The translations under genes and the position numbers were made by a program. Source: Gemmatimonadales bacterium (GTDB taxonomy: Bacteria; Gemmatimonadota; Gemmatimonadetes; Gemmatimonadales; GWC2-71-9). From it: a stretch of DNA of 64,000 nt. Numbering within the stretch: the stretch's first letter is position 1; each line of letters opens with the position of its first letter. The stretch lies in contig JBFJHJ010000006.1 in NCBI GenBank assembly GCA_041613315.1, positions 1 to 64,000 of the forward strand, read 5' to 3'. The notes under the pieces were generated by a model. It was not told the origin of the DNA and made no database searches. It saw only the letters and a list, made by a program, of their open reading frames with translations. Below are positions 55,501 to 64,000 of this stretch, piece after piece.

Positions 55501-56460
55501 GTGACCACCGCTCCCGGCACCATCGTCGTGGCCCTGGGGGGCAACGCGCTCGCCCCGCCCGGCGAACGGGCGACGATCCACGACCAGTTCCGCCACACCC
55601 GGGCGTCCCTCGCGGCCGTCGTGCCACTGGCCCGCGATGGCTGGAACATCGCTATCGTCCACGGCAACGGCCCGCAGGTGGGTGATGAGCTGGAGCGCAA
55701 CGAGATCGCGTACGAACGGGTCGAACCCCTCCCGCTCGGTGTGCTCGTGGCCGCCACCGCCGGTTGGATCGGCTACATGATCCAGCAGTCGCTCCAGAAT
55801 GCGCTGGAGGACGCCGGCATCAGGCGGGACGTGCTGACGATCATCACGCAGACGGTCGTGGCTCGGGACGATCCCCAGCTGGCGACCGCCACGAAACCCG
55901 TCGGACACGCCCTCGCACCCGACATGGTGGCACTGCTGGAGAGCCGCCGGGTCTCGGTGGGACAGGATGGGGCGGGCCGGTGGCGTCGGCTCGCGCCGAG
56001 CCCCGTGCCACGGGATGTGGTCGAAGCGGACGCGGTGAAACAGCTCGTCGACGAAGGCAAGATCGTGATCACGGCGGGGGGCGGCGGGCCGCCGGTGTAC
56101 TGGGACGGGCAACGACATTGGGAGGGCGTAGATGCCGTGGTGGACAAAGACCGCACGGCGGCTATCGTAGGCCGCCGGCTGGGTGCGGTCGCGCTCCTCA
56201 TTCTCACCGACGTGGATGCGGTGTATCGCGGGTGGGGCACCGAGCAGCGTGAGCCGCTGCGGCGGCTGTCGGTCGGCGCGGCCGAGGCGCTGCTGGCGGG
56301 CGGAACCCTGAGGGCGGGCAGCATGCGCCCCAAGGTGGAGGCGGCGGTGGAATTCGTCCGGAGCGGTGGCCGGCGCGCGGTGATCGCGCATCTGGAACAG
56401 GGCCTCGCCGCATTGCGCGGGGAGACGGGAACGACCGTGACGGAGGAGATGAGCGAGTGA
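55501..56460 (+). CDS. arcC: carbamate kinase
   Basis: VVALGGNAL, HGNGPQVG, TKPVG, AVVDKD, LTDVDAVY, GSMRPKVEAA. Confidence 0.93.
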   Translation: MTTAPGTIVVALGGNALAPPGERATIHDQFRHTRASLAAVVPLARDGWNIAIVHGNGPQVGDELERNEIAYERVEPLPLGVLVAATAGWIGYMIQQSLQNALEDAGIRRDVLTIITQTVVARDDPQLATATKPVGHALAPDMVALLESRRVSVGQDGAGRWRRLAPSPVPRDVVEADAVKQLVDEGKIVITAGGGGPPVYWDGQRHWEGVDAVVDKDRTAAIVGRRLGAVALLILTDVDAVYRGWGTEQREPLRRLSVGAAEALLAGGTLRAGSMRPKVEAAVEFVRSGGRRAVIAHLEQGLAALRGETGTTVTEEMSE

Positions 56461-57596
56461 ATCTGCACGAGTATCAGGCCCGGGCGCAGCTCAAGGCGGC
56501 TGGGATCCCGGTACCGGACGGGGACGTCGCCACCACGCCGGCGGAGGTCGAAGCGATCGCCCGGCGCTTGGGCGGGGCCGTGGTCGTCAAGGCGCAGGTG
56601 CACGCGGGTGGGCGCGGGAAGGCAGGCGGGGTCAAGCTCGCCAGGGACGCGCGGGAAGCGCGAGCCCATGGCGAGCAGATCCTTGGCATGCAGATCAAGG
56701 GACTCACCGTGCAGCGGGTGCTCGTGGTGCCAGCGGCGGACATCGCCTCCGAGAGCTATGTCGGGATCATTGTGGATCGGGCGTCGCGCCGCCCCGTGCT
56801 GATGGTGAGTCCGGCTGGTGGCGTGGACATCGAGGACGTCGCGGCCGCGACGCCGGAGAAGATCTTCCGTGCCGGCATCGACCCGCGCTACGGGCTCCTG
56901 TCGCACCAGGCCATGCAGCTCGCGTTTCGGCTGTATGACGAGCTCAGCCAGGTGCGGCAGGCCGCCATGATCATGCAGCGACTCTACGACGCGTTTGTGA
57001 CCGCGGGCGCGTCGCTGGCGGAGATCAATCCCCTGATCACAACGCCCGAAGGGCGGGTCGTGGCGATCGACGCGAAGATCGCCGTGGACGATAACGAGTT
57101 GGAGCGTCGGCCGGAGATCGCGGCGCTGCGCGACGTCTCTGCGGAGGACCCCGCCGAGGTCGCGGCGCGCGAGGGCGGTTTGTCGTACATCAAGTTGGAC
57201 GGCGACGTCGGCTGCTGCGTGAACGGCGCCGGGCTCGCCATGGCGACCATGGATCTCGTCAAGTACTACGGCGGGGCGCCCGCCAACTTCCTGGATATCG
57301 GAGGGAGCAGCAGCCCCGACAAGGTGGTCACCGCACTGACGATCATTACGGGCGATCGCCATGTGAAGAGTATCTTGTTCAACATCTTCGGCGGCATCAC
57401 GCGATGCGACGATGTCGCGAACGGAATCGTGGCGGCGACCAAACGCGCGCCGATCGACCGGCCGCTCGTCATCCGGCTCACCGGCACCAACGAAGAACAG
57501 GCGGTCCGGATCCTGAAGCGGGCCGGGTTCGAGGCGCTCACGGGTATGGACGAGGCGGTGCAGGAAGCCGTGAAGCGGGCGCGGGAGGCGGCGTGA
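56457..57596 (+). CDS. sucC: succinyl-CoA synthetase beta subunit
   Basis: [43 protein letters not shown]. Confidence 0.97.
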   Translation: MNLHEYQARAQLKAAGIPVPDGDVATTPAEVEAIARRLGGAVVVKAQVHAGGRGKAGGVKLARDAREARAHGEQILGMQIKGLTVQRVLVVPAADIASESYVGIIVDRASRRPVLMVSPAGGVDIEDVAAATPEKIFRAGIDPRYGLLSHQAMQLAFRLYDELSQVRQAAMIMQRLYDAFVTAGASLAEINPLITTPEGRVVAIDAKIAVDDNELERRPEIAALRDVSAEDPAEVAAREGGLSYIKLDGDVGCCVNGAGLAMATMDLVKYYGGAPANFLDIGGSSSPDKVVTALTIITGDRHVKSILFNIFGGITRCDDVANGIVAATKRAPIDRPLVIRLTGTNEEQAVRILKRAGFEALTGMDEAVQEAVKRAREAA

Positions 57597-58462
57597 GCAT
57601 CTTCATCGGCCGTGACACGAAACTGGTGGTGCAGGGCATCACCGGGCGGGACGGGTCGTTCCACACGGCGCAAATGCGTGAATACGGCACGCGGGTGGTG
57701 GCGGGCGTGACGCCCGGTAAGGGCGGCGAGAAGTTCGACGGCGCCGTGCCCGTCTTCGACACGGTGGCGGAGGCCGTCAGCGAGACGGGCGCGAATACCT
57801 CCGTGATCTACGTGCCGGCCCGGTTTGCCGCCGATGCGATCTACGAGGCTGCCGATGCGGGGATCGGGCTGATCGTGTGCATCACCGAAGGCATCCCCGT
57901 GTTGGACATGACCCGGCTGATGCCGTTCCTCGCGGAGCGCGGCACCCGCCTGATTGGGCCCAACTGTCCGGGAGCGATCGCGCCGGGGCAGACCAAAGTC
58001 GGGATCATCCCGGGCCGGATCTGTCGCGAGGGCACCCTCGGCGTCGTTTCCCGCAGCGGCACGCTGACCTACGAGATCGTGGATCAGTTGTCCCGCCACG
58101 GCCAGGGGCAGTCGACGTGCGTCGGCATCGGCGGGGATCCGATCGTCGGGACGACGTTCATCGACTGCCTGGCCGCCTTCGAGGCGGACTCGGCGACGGA
58201 GGCGGTCGTGATGATAGGCGAGATCGGCGGCACGGACGAGCAGAAGGCCGCCGAGTACGTGGCGAGCGAGATGGGCAAGCCGGTCGTCGGCTTCATCGCC
58301 GGGCAGACGGCGCCGCCGGGCCGCCGCATGGGCCACGCGGGGGCCATCATCTCGGGCTCCTCGGGCACGGCGCGGGAGAAAATGGAGGCGTTCGCGCGGG
58401 CGGGGATCGGGGTCATGAAGCGGCCGGCCGACGTGGTGCCCCTGCTGAAGGAGCGACTCTGA
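57593..58462 (+). CDS. sucD: succinyl-CoA synthetase alpha subunit
   Basis: [37 protein letters not shown] (phospho-His). Confidence 0.97.
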   Translation: MSIFIGRDTKLVVQGITGRDGSFHTAQMREYGTRVVAGVTPGKGGEKFDGAVPVFDTVAEAVSETGANTSVIYVPARFAADAIYEAADAGIGLIVCITEGIPVLDMTRLMPFLAERGTRLIGPNCPGAIAPGQTKVGIIPGRICREGTLGVVSRSGTLTYEIVDQLSRHGQGQSTCVGIGGDPIVGTTFIDCLAAFEADSATEAVVMIGEIGGTDEQKAAEYVASEMGKPVVGFIAGQTAPPGRRMGHAGAIISGSSGTAREKMEAFARAGIGVMKRPADVVPLLKERL

Positions 58463-59358
58463 GACTCGTCGACCTCCTCATTCCCGAGCGCGTGCTCGTC
58501 CCGCTCGACGTGGAGAGCCTCCGTGATGCGGCGGAAGCGCTCCTCGAGGCGCTGATCGCCTCCGGGGTGACCGAGGAGCCCGACAAGCTGCGGGAGCGTC
58601 TGGGAGGCGTGCTGCCGCGCGACGTGATTGCGGCGGGGCAGGCGTTCATCTTGCACTTTCGGAGCGACGCGCTCTCGGCGCTCGCGGCCGCGCTCGGGAT
58701 CGCGCCGCGGCCGCTGTCCGGTGAGCAGGACCGGTCGAAGGAGGCTCGAATCATCCTCCTGATCGTGGCGCCGCCGGGGGAGACCTCCTCGTACCTCCAG
58801 GCCGTGAGCGCGTTCGGACGGGTCCTGAGTCGGGAGGCGGTGGTCTCCGCGCTGCACAGTGCACAGAGCGCCGAGGAGGTCGTCCAAGCGGACGCCCTGG
58901 CCGACATCAGGATGCCGGGCTACCTGTCGGTGCGCGACGTGATGGTCGCCAGCAGCCTCTCGGTCCGGCCGGAGACGACGCTGGGTGACGCGGCCGAGAT
59001 GATGTTGGCCAGCAACGTGCGGGCGCTCCCGGTCGTGAGCGAGACGGGAGAAGTCCTCGGCATGGTCTCGCACCGAGAGTTGCTGCGGTACCTGTTGCCC
59101 ATGTATGTCAAGCGGGCGAGCAGCGGCGAGTTCCGGGCGGTCCGCCGGTCCAGCGAAGGCGGGACCGACCCGCGCAAGCTGCCCGTCCGGGAAGTGATGG
59201 ACCGGAGCGTCCTGTGCGTATCCGAAGACCAGACCCTGGCGGATATCGCCACCACGATGATCAGCCGGAACGTCGACCGGTTTCCGGTCGTGCGGGAAGG
59301 CAAGCTCGCCGGGTTCCTGACGCGCAGCGATATCGTGCGCCGGCTCCTCGGGAAATAG
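58459..59358 (+). CDS. PTS EIIA(Fru/Ntr)-like domain fused to a tandem CBS pair
   Basis: [16 protein letters not shown]...AFILHFR...IILLIVAPP...[10 protein letters not shown]...A.SAEEV, then VRDVM...ALPVV...LGMVS and VREVM...[16 protein letters not shown]; probable CTG start. Confidence 0.8.
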   Translation: MRLVDLLIPERVLVPLDVESLRDAAEALLEALIASGVTEEPDKLRERLGGVLPRDVIAAGQAFILHFRSDALSALAAALGIAPRPLSGEQDRSKEARIILLIVAPPGETSSYLQAVSAFGRVLSREAVVSALHSAQSAEEVVQADALADIRMPGYLSVRDVMVASSLSVRPETTLGDAAEMMLASNVRALPVVSETGEVLGMVSHRELLRYLLPMYVKRASSGEFRAVRRSSEGGTDPRKLPVREVMDRSVLCVSEDQTLADIATTMISRNVDRFPVVREGKLAGFLTRSDIVRRLLGK

Positions 59359-59392
59359 CGCGTCGCGGGGCCCGTTCGAGCGGCGTGAGATG

Positions 59393-59435
59393 CGGAACGA
59401 CGGCGAACGGATAAGGGACAACGGATAACGGCAGT
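59393..59435 (+). repeat. degenerate heptamer tandem repeat (consensus near CGGATAA)
   Basis: CGGAACGA CGGCGAA CGGATAA GGGACAA CGGATAA CGGCAGT directly upstream of ndk. Confidence 0.55.
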
Positions 59436-59439
59436 CGCT

Positions 59440-59856
59440 ATGTTGACTTTGGCGATCATCAAGCCCGATGCCGTGGCCAGCGGCAAGATGGGCCGGATTC
59501 TGGCGCATCTCGAGGACGCCGGCTTCGCGATCCGGGCGGCTCGGCTCCTCCGGCTGACCACCGCAGAGGCAGAGGCGTTCTATGCCGTCCACCGGGAGCG
59601 GCCGTTTTTCCGTTCCCTCGTGACCTTCATGACGTCCGGGCCGTGCCTCCCGATCGTGCTGGAGCGCGACGACGCCGTGGCCCACCTGCGAACGGTCATC
59701 GGCGCGACCGATCCCGCCGAGGCGGCCGAGGGCACGGTGCGGCGGCTGTACGCCGAGTCGAAGGAACGAAACGCGATTCATGCCTCCGATGCCCCGGACA
59801 CGGCCCGTCGCGAGGTCGCGTTCTTCTTTGCCGAGAGCGAGCTCTGGCGGCGGTGA
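59440..59856 (+). CDS. ndk: nucleoside diphosphate kinase
   Basis: TLAIIKPDAV, FYAVHRERPFF, FMTSGP, GATDP, RNAIHASD. Confidence 0.97.
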   Translation: MLTLAIIKPDAVASGKMGRILAHLEDAGFAIRAARLLRLTTAEAEAFYAVHRERPFFRSLVTFMTSGPCLPIVLERDDAVAHLRTVIGATDPAEAAEGTVRRLYAESKERNAIHASDAPDTARREVAFFFAESELWRR

Positions 59857-59871
59857 CGGCGACGCGCCGCG

Positions 59872-59900
59872 TTGACCCAAGTATCGACGGCCGATAACTT
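59872..59900 (+). promoter_or_regulatory. sigma70-type promoter for the yceD-rpmF-plsX-fab operon
   Basis: TTGACC-17 nt-TAACTT, 9 nt before ATG 59910. Confidence 0.7.
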
Positions 59901-59909
59901 TAAAGGCTC

Positions 59910-60425
59910 ATGTTGCGCGTCGACCTCCCGGCTCTCCGCAAGGGACCGGTGCAGACCGAGGGTGCCATTCCGGCCGACGATCCGCTGTTCGCGGGGGTGG
60001 GCTTTCACCTGGGGCGGCCGGTGCGCGTGGGCGGACGGCTGATGGACAGTGGGCAGGGCCAGTACTATTGGCGTGCTGACCTGCGCACCGTGGTCGAGAC
60101 CACGTGCCGTCGCTGTTTGGCGCCGGTCGCGCTGGAGGTGGCGGCGGATCTCGACGTGCTGTTCACCGAGGACACGCAAGCCGACGACCCGTCGACCTAC
60201 GTGATCCCGCCGCGGAGCACCGAGCTCGATCTCGGCGCGACGGTGCGGGAGGAGCTGATCCTGGCGGTACCCTCGTACGTGGTGTGCCGGGACGACTGCC
60301 GCGGGCTCTGCCCGCGGTGCGGGAAGGACCTGAATCAGGGGCCATGCGACTGCCGTCCGGAGGCGGACCCCCGCTGGGGGCCGCTCGCGGCGCTGAGAGC
60401 GCGACTGGCCCGAGGCGAGGATTGA
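59910..60425 (+). CDS. yceD: DUF177/YceD family protein
   Basis: [35 protein letters not shown]; upstream of rpmF. Confidence 0.92.
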   Translation: MLRVDLPALRKGPVQTEGAIPADDPLFAGVGFHLGRPVRVGGRLMDSGQGQYYWRADLRTVVETTCRRCLAPVALEVAADLDVLFTEDTQADDPSTYVIPPRSTELDLGATVREELILAVPSYVVCRDDCRGLCPRCGKDLNQGPCDCRPEADPRWGPLAALRARLARGED

Positions 60426-60429
60426 AGCC

Positions 60430-60612
60430 ATGGCCGTACCGAAGCGACGGACATCCAAGAGCCGCAAGCGCAAGCGCCGCACGCACCACCGGGCCCACGT
60501 GCCGGCCGTCCAGGCCTGCCCGCGCTGCGGCGATCCACGAATCCCGCATCGCGTGTGCCCCAGTTGCGGGTATTACGGGGAGCAGAAACGGGTCGACGTC
60601 GAGGACGTCTGA
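60430..60612 (+). CDS. rpmF: 50S ribosomal protein L32 (Zn-binding C+ form)
   Basis: [34 protein letters not shown]. Confidence 0.97.
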   Translation: MAVPKRRTSKSRKRKRRTHHRAHVPAVQACPRCGDPRIPHRVCPSCGYYGEQKRVDVEDV

Positions 60613-60614
60613 GC

Positions 60615-61607
60615 GTGGTCCGGATCGCGCTGGACGTGATGGGCGGTGACGAGGCGCCCGCGGTGCCGGTCGCTGGCGCGCTCGAAGCGCTCGCCGAGCT
60701 CCCCGCATCCACCGAGATCCTGCTGGTCGGGCGCCGCGACGCGATCGCCGCAGCCCTCGAGCCGCACGACGCCCCGGCGGACCGCCTGCGGATCGTCGAA
60801 GCTCCCGACGTGATCGCCATGAGCGAGAAGCCGCTCGCGGCCGTCCGCGGCAAGCCGAAGTCATCCATTCGGGTCGGTCTCGAGCTGCAAAAGGCCGGCG
60901 AGGCGGATGCCTTCATCTCGGCGGGCAACACGGGCGCCGTCCTCGCGGCGGCGACGCTCCTGCTGGGCCTCCACCCCGGGGTCGAGCGCGCAGCCATCGC
61001 CGCCCTGTTTCCGACCGGCGCTCAGCCGGTGCTCGTGATAGACGGCGGTGCGAACGTCGATTGCAGCCCCCGCGAGCTGACTGGTTTCGCCCACCTCGGC
61101 TCGGTCTACGCGCGCGATGTGTTACGCCGGCCCGATCCGGGCGTGGGGCTGTTGAACATCGGCGAGGAAGCCGAAAAGGGGAATGCGGCGGTCCGGGACG
61201 TGCACGCGCTCCTCGCGCAGGAACCGGGGATCCGCTTCGTCGGCAACGTCGAAGGGCGCGATATTCTGGCGGGGGCGTGCGACGTGGTCGTGTGCGACGG
61301 GTTCGTGGGGAACGTCGTGCTCAAGTTCTACGAGTCCGTGGCGCGGCTCTTCCGGGACCTCCTCGTTCGCGAGGTGGAGCGCTCGGTGCTCGAGAGCGCC
61401 GGTCTCCGGCGCGTGTTCAAGGTGCTCGACTATTCGGAGTACGGGGGCGCACCCCTGCTCGGCGTGCGCGGGGTAGCGGTCATTTGCCACGGCCGCTCAC
61501 CGGCCCGCGCCTTCAAGAATGCGATCCGCGTGGCGTTGCAGTCCGTCGAGAGCGGGCTGAGCGGGCATATCGGCGCGGAACTCACTCGAGGGGAGGCCGT
61601 GGCGTGA
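60615..61607 (+). CDS. plsX: phosphate acyltransferase
   Basis: IALDVMGGD, SAGNTGA, GANVD, LLNIGEE, CDGFVGNVVLK, YGGAPLLG. Confidence 0.96.
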   Translation: MVRIALDVMGGDEAPAVPVAGALEALAELPASTEILLVGRRDAIAAALEPHDAPADRLRIVEAPDVIAMSEKPLAAVRGKPKSSIRVGLELQKAGEADAFISAGNTGAVLAAATLLLGLHPGVERAAIAALFPTGAQPVLVIDGGANVDCSPRELTGFAHLGSVYARDVLRRPDPGVGLLNIGEEAEKGNAAVRDVHALLAQEPGIRFVGNVEGRDILAGACDVVVCDGFVGNVVLKFYESVARLFRDLLVREVERSVLESAGLRRVFKVLDYSEYGGAPLLGVRGVAVICHGRSPARAFKNAIRVALQSVESGLSGHIGAELTRGEAVA

Positions 61608-62596
61608 AGCGTCCGATTGCGGAAGTCGTGGGGACGGGGCGATACACGCCCCGGAAGGTGCTCACCAACGCGGACCTCGAGCGCCTGGTAGAGACCTCGG
61701 ATGAGTGGATTGTCGAGCGGACGGGCATCCGCGAGCGGCGCATCGCCGAAGGAAGCGAGACCGTCGCGTACATGGCCAAGGTGGCGTGCGAGCAGGTGCT
61801 CGAAGCGGTGGGCCTCGGGCCCGAGGACGTCGATGCTATCGTGGTCGGCACGGCGAGTCCCGATCGCTTGCTCCCGGCCCAAGCGTGTGACCTCCAAGCG
61901 ACGCTGGGCGCCAAAAACGCCGCGGCCTTCGATGTCGGCGCGGCGTGCAGCGGGTTCATCTACGGGCTGAGCGTGGCCGAGGGCATGATCGCCAACGAGT
62001 CCGCCACGAACATCCTGGTCGTGGGCGCGGAGCGGCTCTCCACGATCACGGACTACACGGACCGGACGACCTGCATCCTCTTCGGCGACGGCGCCGGTGC
62101 GACCCTGGTGCGGCCGGTGCAAAACGGGGCCGGTCGCGGCATCCTCTCCACCTACCTCAAGACGGACGGGACGCTCGCCGAGCTGCTGTACCGGCCCGGG
62201 GGCGGCGCCTGCCATCCGCCGGACGAGGCGTTGCTGCGGGATCACGGGTACTTCATCAAGATGGCGGGCCGGGAGGTGTTCAAGTCGGCCGTGCGATCGA
62301 TGGCGGATGCCTGCGACCGCGCCCTACAAAAGGCTGGGCTGTCGGCCGAGGACGTGGACGTGCTGATCCCGCACCAGGCGAACATTCGGATCATCGAGGC
62401 CACGGCCAAGCACGCCGGCGTCCCGATGGACAAGGTCTACGTCAACATCGATCGGTACGGGAATACCTCCGCCGCCTCGATCCCGATCGCCCTCGACGAA
62501 GGCGTGCGGGCCGGTCGGATCACTCAGGGATCAATCGTGCTTCTCGTCGCGTTCGGCGGCGGGTTTACCTGGGGCAGCGCCCTCATCCGGTGGTAA
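61604..62596 (+). CDS. fabH: beta-ketoacyl-ACP synthase III
   Basis: TSDEWIVERTGI, AACSGF, FGDGAGA, PHQANIRII, GNTSAASIP. Confidence 0.96.
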   Translation: MKRPIAEVVGTGRYTPRKVLTNADLERLVETSDEWIVERTGIRERRIAEGSETVAYMAKVACEQVLEAVGLGPEDVDAIVVGTASPDRLLPAQACDLQATLGAKNAAAFDVGAACSGFIYGLSVAEGMIANESATNILVVGAERLSTITDYTDRTTCILFGDGAGATLVRPVQNGAGRGILSTYLKTDGTLAELLYRPGGGACHPPDEALLRDHGYFIKMAGREVFKSAVRSMADACDRALQKAGLSAEDVDVLIPHQANIRIIEATAKHAGVPMDKVYVNIDRYGNTSAASIPIALDEGVRAGRITQGSIVLLVAFGGGFTWGSALIRW

Positions 62597-63528
62597 GTGC
62601 GATCGTGCTGTGCCCCGGCCAGGGGGCGCAGCGGGTGGGGATGGGGAAAGACCTGGCCGAACGGTTCGAGCCGGCGCGCGCCCTGTTCGCGGCGGTGGAC
62701 GAGGCGCTGGGGATCGCCCTCTCGCGCCTCCTGTGGGAGGGGCCCGAGAACGAGCTCACGCTCACCCACAACGCGCAACCGGCCATCCTCGCGCACACCC
62801 TCGCGGTCCTGGCGGTGGTTCAGCATGCCATGGCGCCGGCGGCCGGCGCCGGACACTCCCTGGGCGAGTACAGCGCCTACGTGGCCGCCGGCGCGCTCGC
62901 TGCAGTGGATGCCGCGCGGCTGGTGCGGTGCCGCGGCGAGTTCATGCTGGAGGCCGGCCGGCGGCGGCCGGGCGCGATGGCGGCCGTGCTGGGGCTGGAC
63001 GCCGACCGGGTAGCCGAGGTCTGCGCCGCCGAGAGTGGAGACGGCCGCGTCGTCGTGGCGGCCAACTTGAACGCGCCGGACCAGACGGTGATCTCGGGCG
63101 ATCCCGAGGCGGTGGACCGGGCGGGCGAGCATCTCAAGCAGCTGGGGGCCAAGCGCGTCGTGCCGCTCAGGGTGAGCGGCGCCTTCCACTCGCCGCTGAT
63201 GGCCCCGGCGGAAATGGGGCTCAAGGCGGAGCTCGCGCGCGTGGCGTTCCGCGATCCGGCGTTTCCGGTGATCGCCAACGCCACGGCCGAGCCGGTGCGG
63301 GATGCGGTGACCGCGAAACGGCAGCTCGGGGAACAGCTCACGGCGCCGGTCCGGTGGGTGGCTTCCATGCGGCGCGCCGCCGCCACCGCGCCGGAGGACG
63401 TGACGTTCATCGAGGTGGGACCGGGCAACGTCTTGAGCGGTCTCGCGCGCCGGATCGTGGACGGCGCCCGGACGATCGCCCTCGGCACGGCGGAGCAAGT
63501 GACGGCGTTTCTCGAGCAACACGGATGA
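62590..63528 (+). CDS. fabD: malonyl-CoA:ACP transacylase
   Basis: PGQGAQ, AQPAI, GHSLGEY, VSGAFHSPLM, EVGPG; GTG start inferred. Confidence 0.95.
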   Translation: MVSAIVLCPGQGAQRVGMGKDLAERFEPARALFAAVDEALGIALSRLLWEGPENELTLTHNAQPAILAHTLAVLAVVQHAMAPAAGAGHSLGEYSAYVAAGALAAVDAARLVRCRGEFMLEAGRRRPGAMAAVLGLDADRVAEVCAAESGDGRVVVAANLNAPDQTVISGDPEAVDRAGEHLKQLGAKRVVPLRVSGAFHSPLMAPAEMGLKAELARVAFRDPAFPVIANATAEPVRDAVTAKRQLGEQLTAPVRWVASMRRAAATAPEDVTFIEVGPGNVLSGLARRIVDGARTIALGTAEQVTAFLEQHG

Positions 63529-64000
63529 CCGTCGATCTCAGCGGCAAGGTGGCGATGGTGACCGGCGGCTCCCGGGGCATCGGGCGCGCCGTGGCCGAGT
63601 ACCTCTACGCGGCCGGGGGCCACGTGGCGGTCATCGGCCGGGACGAGGCTCGGGCCCGCGTTGCCGCGGGCGCGCTCACTGGGCGCGGCAAGGCCCTCGC
63701 GGTCGGGGCCGATGTGGCCGATGCGGCGCAGGTCGAGGCGGCGGTCGCGACCATCGAGGCGGCGCTCGGTCCCGTGGACATCCTGGTCAACAACGCCGGC
63801 CTCACGCGCGACGGCGTCTTGGTGCGAATGAGCGACGACGACTGGCAGACCGTGCTGGACGTCAATCTCAAGGGCGCGTTCAACACGATGAGGCACGTCA
63901 CCCGCGGCATGATGAAGCGGCGTGCGGGTCGGGTCGTCAACGTGACGAGCATCGTGGGGCTCACCGGCAACCGCGGACAGGCGAACTACGCCGCGTCGAA
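63525..64000 (+). CDS. fabG: 3-oxoacyl-ACP reductase, partial (runs off the window)
   Basis: Translated by hand: MTVDLSGKVAMVTGGSRGIG...LVNNAGLTRDG...GNRGQANYAAS; follows fabD. Confidence 0.93.
   Translation, partial: MTVDLSGKVAMVTGGSRGIGRAVAEYLYAAGGHVAVIGRDEARARVAAGALTGRGKALAVGADVADAAQVEAAVATIEAALGPVDILVNNAGLTRDGVLVRMSDDDWQTVLDVNLKGAFNTMRHVTRGMMKRRAGRVVNVTSIVGLTGNRGQANYAAS

Noticed and set aside
59853..59897. Mini-ORF from the ndk stop (GTGA) toward yceD
   Set aside because: It ends 12 nt before the yceD ATG, so it is not counted as an exact relay; a promoter explains the gap.
1..64000. tRNA, rRNA, CRISPR array, transposase/integrase, prophage or defence genes
   Set aside because: No tRNA-like arms in the gaps, no regularly spaced repeats with spacers, and no such protein motifs; nearly all sequence is accounted for by other genes.

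Overview
This is a very GC-rich, gene-dense bacterial core-genome segment. Gene order and protein sequences resemble Gemmatimonadota (inference). In order it carries pyrRBC, a coiled-coil/zinc-ribbon protein and rpsT. A ~20 kb co-oriented, mostly overlapping run follows: scpA-scpB-rluB, atypical SDR, HEAT protein, MoxR/DUF58/Bat cluster, mutL-miaA-bshA-uppP-birA, CPBP-like protein, coaX. An accessory stretch (~24.4-36.6 kb) holds a GNAT/N-succinylamino acid racemase/M20 cluster and several secreted or membrane proteins. The rest is dcd, a complete nuoA-N operon with a Rex-like operator, PMM/PGM, UPF0182, arcC-sucCD-(EIIA-CBS)-ndk and yceD-rpmF-plsX-fabH-fabD-fabG. No rRNA, tRNA, CRISPR or intact mobile element was seen. 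The most unusual signals are: (1) most longer gaps between co-oriented genes after a TGA stop are bridged by mini-ORFs with exact start/stop overlaps, a possible ribosome relay; (2) a decayed site-2 protease pseudogene in the scpA leader still keeps such coupling; (3) a likely CTG-initiated PTS EIIA-CBS fusion lies between two phosphohistidine enzymes (SucD, Ndk) in a substrate-level phosphorylation operon. All calls come from motif recognition by eye; no searches were run.
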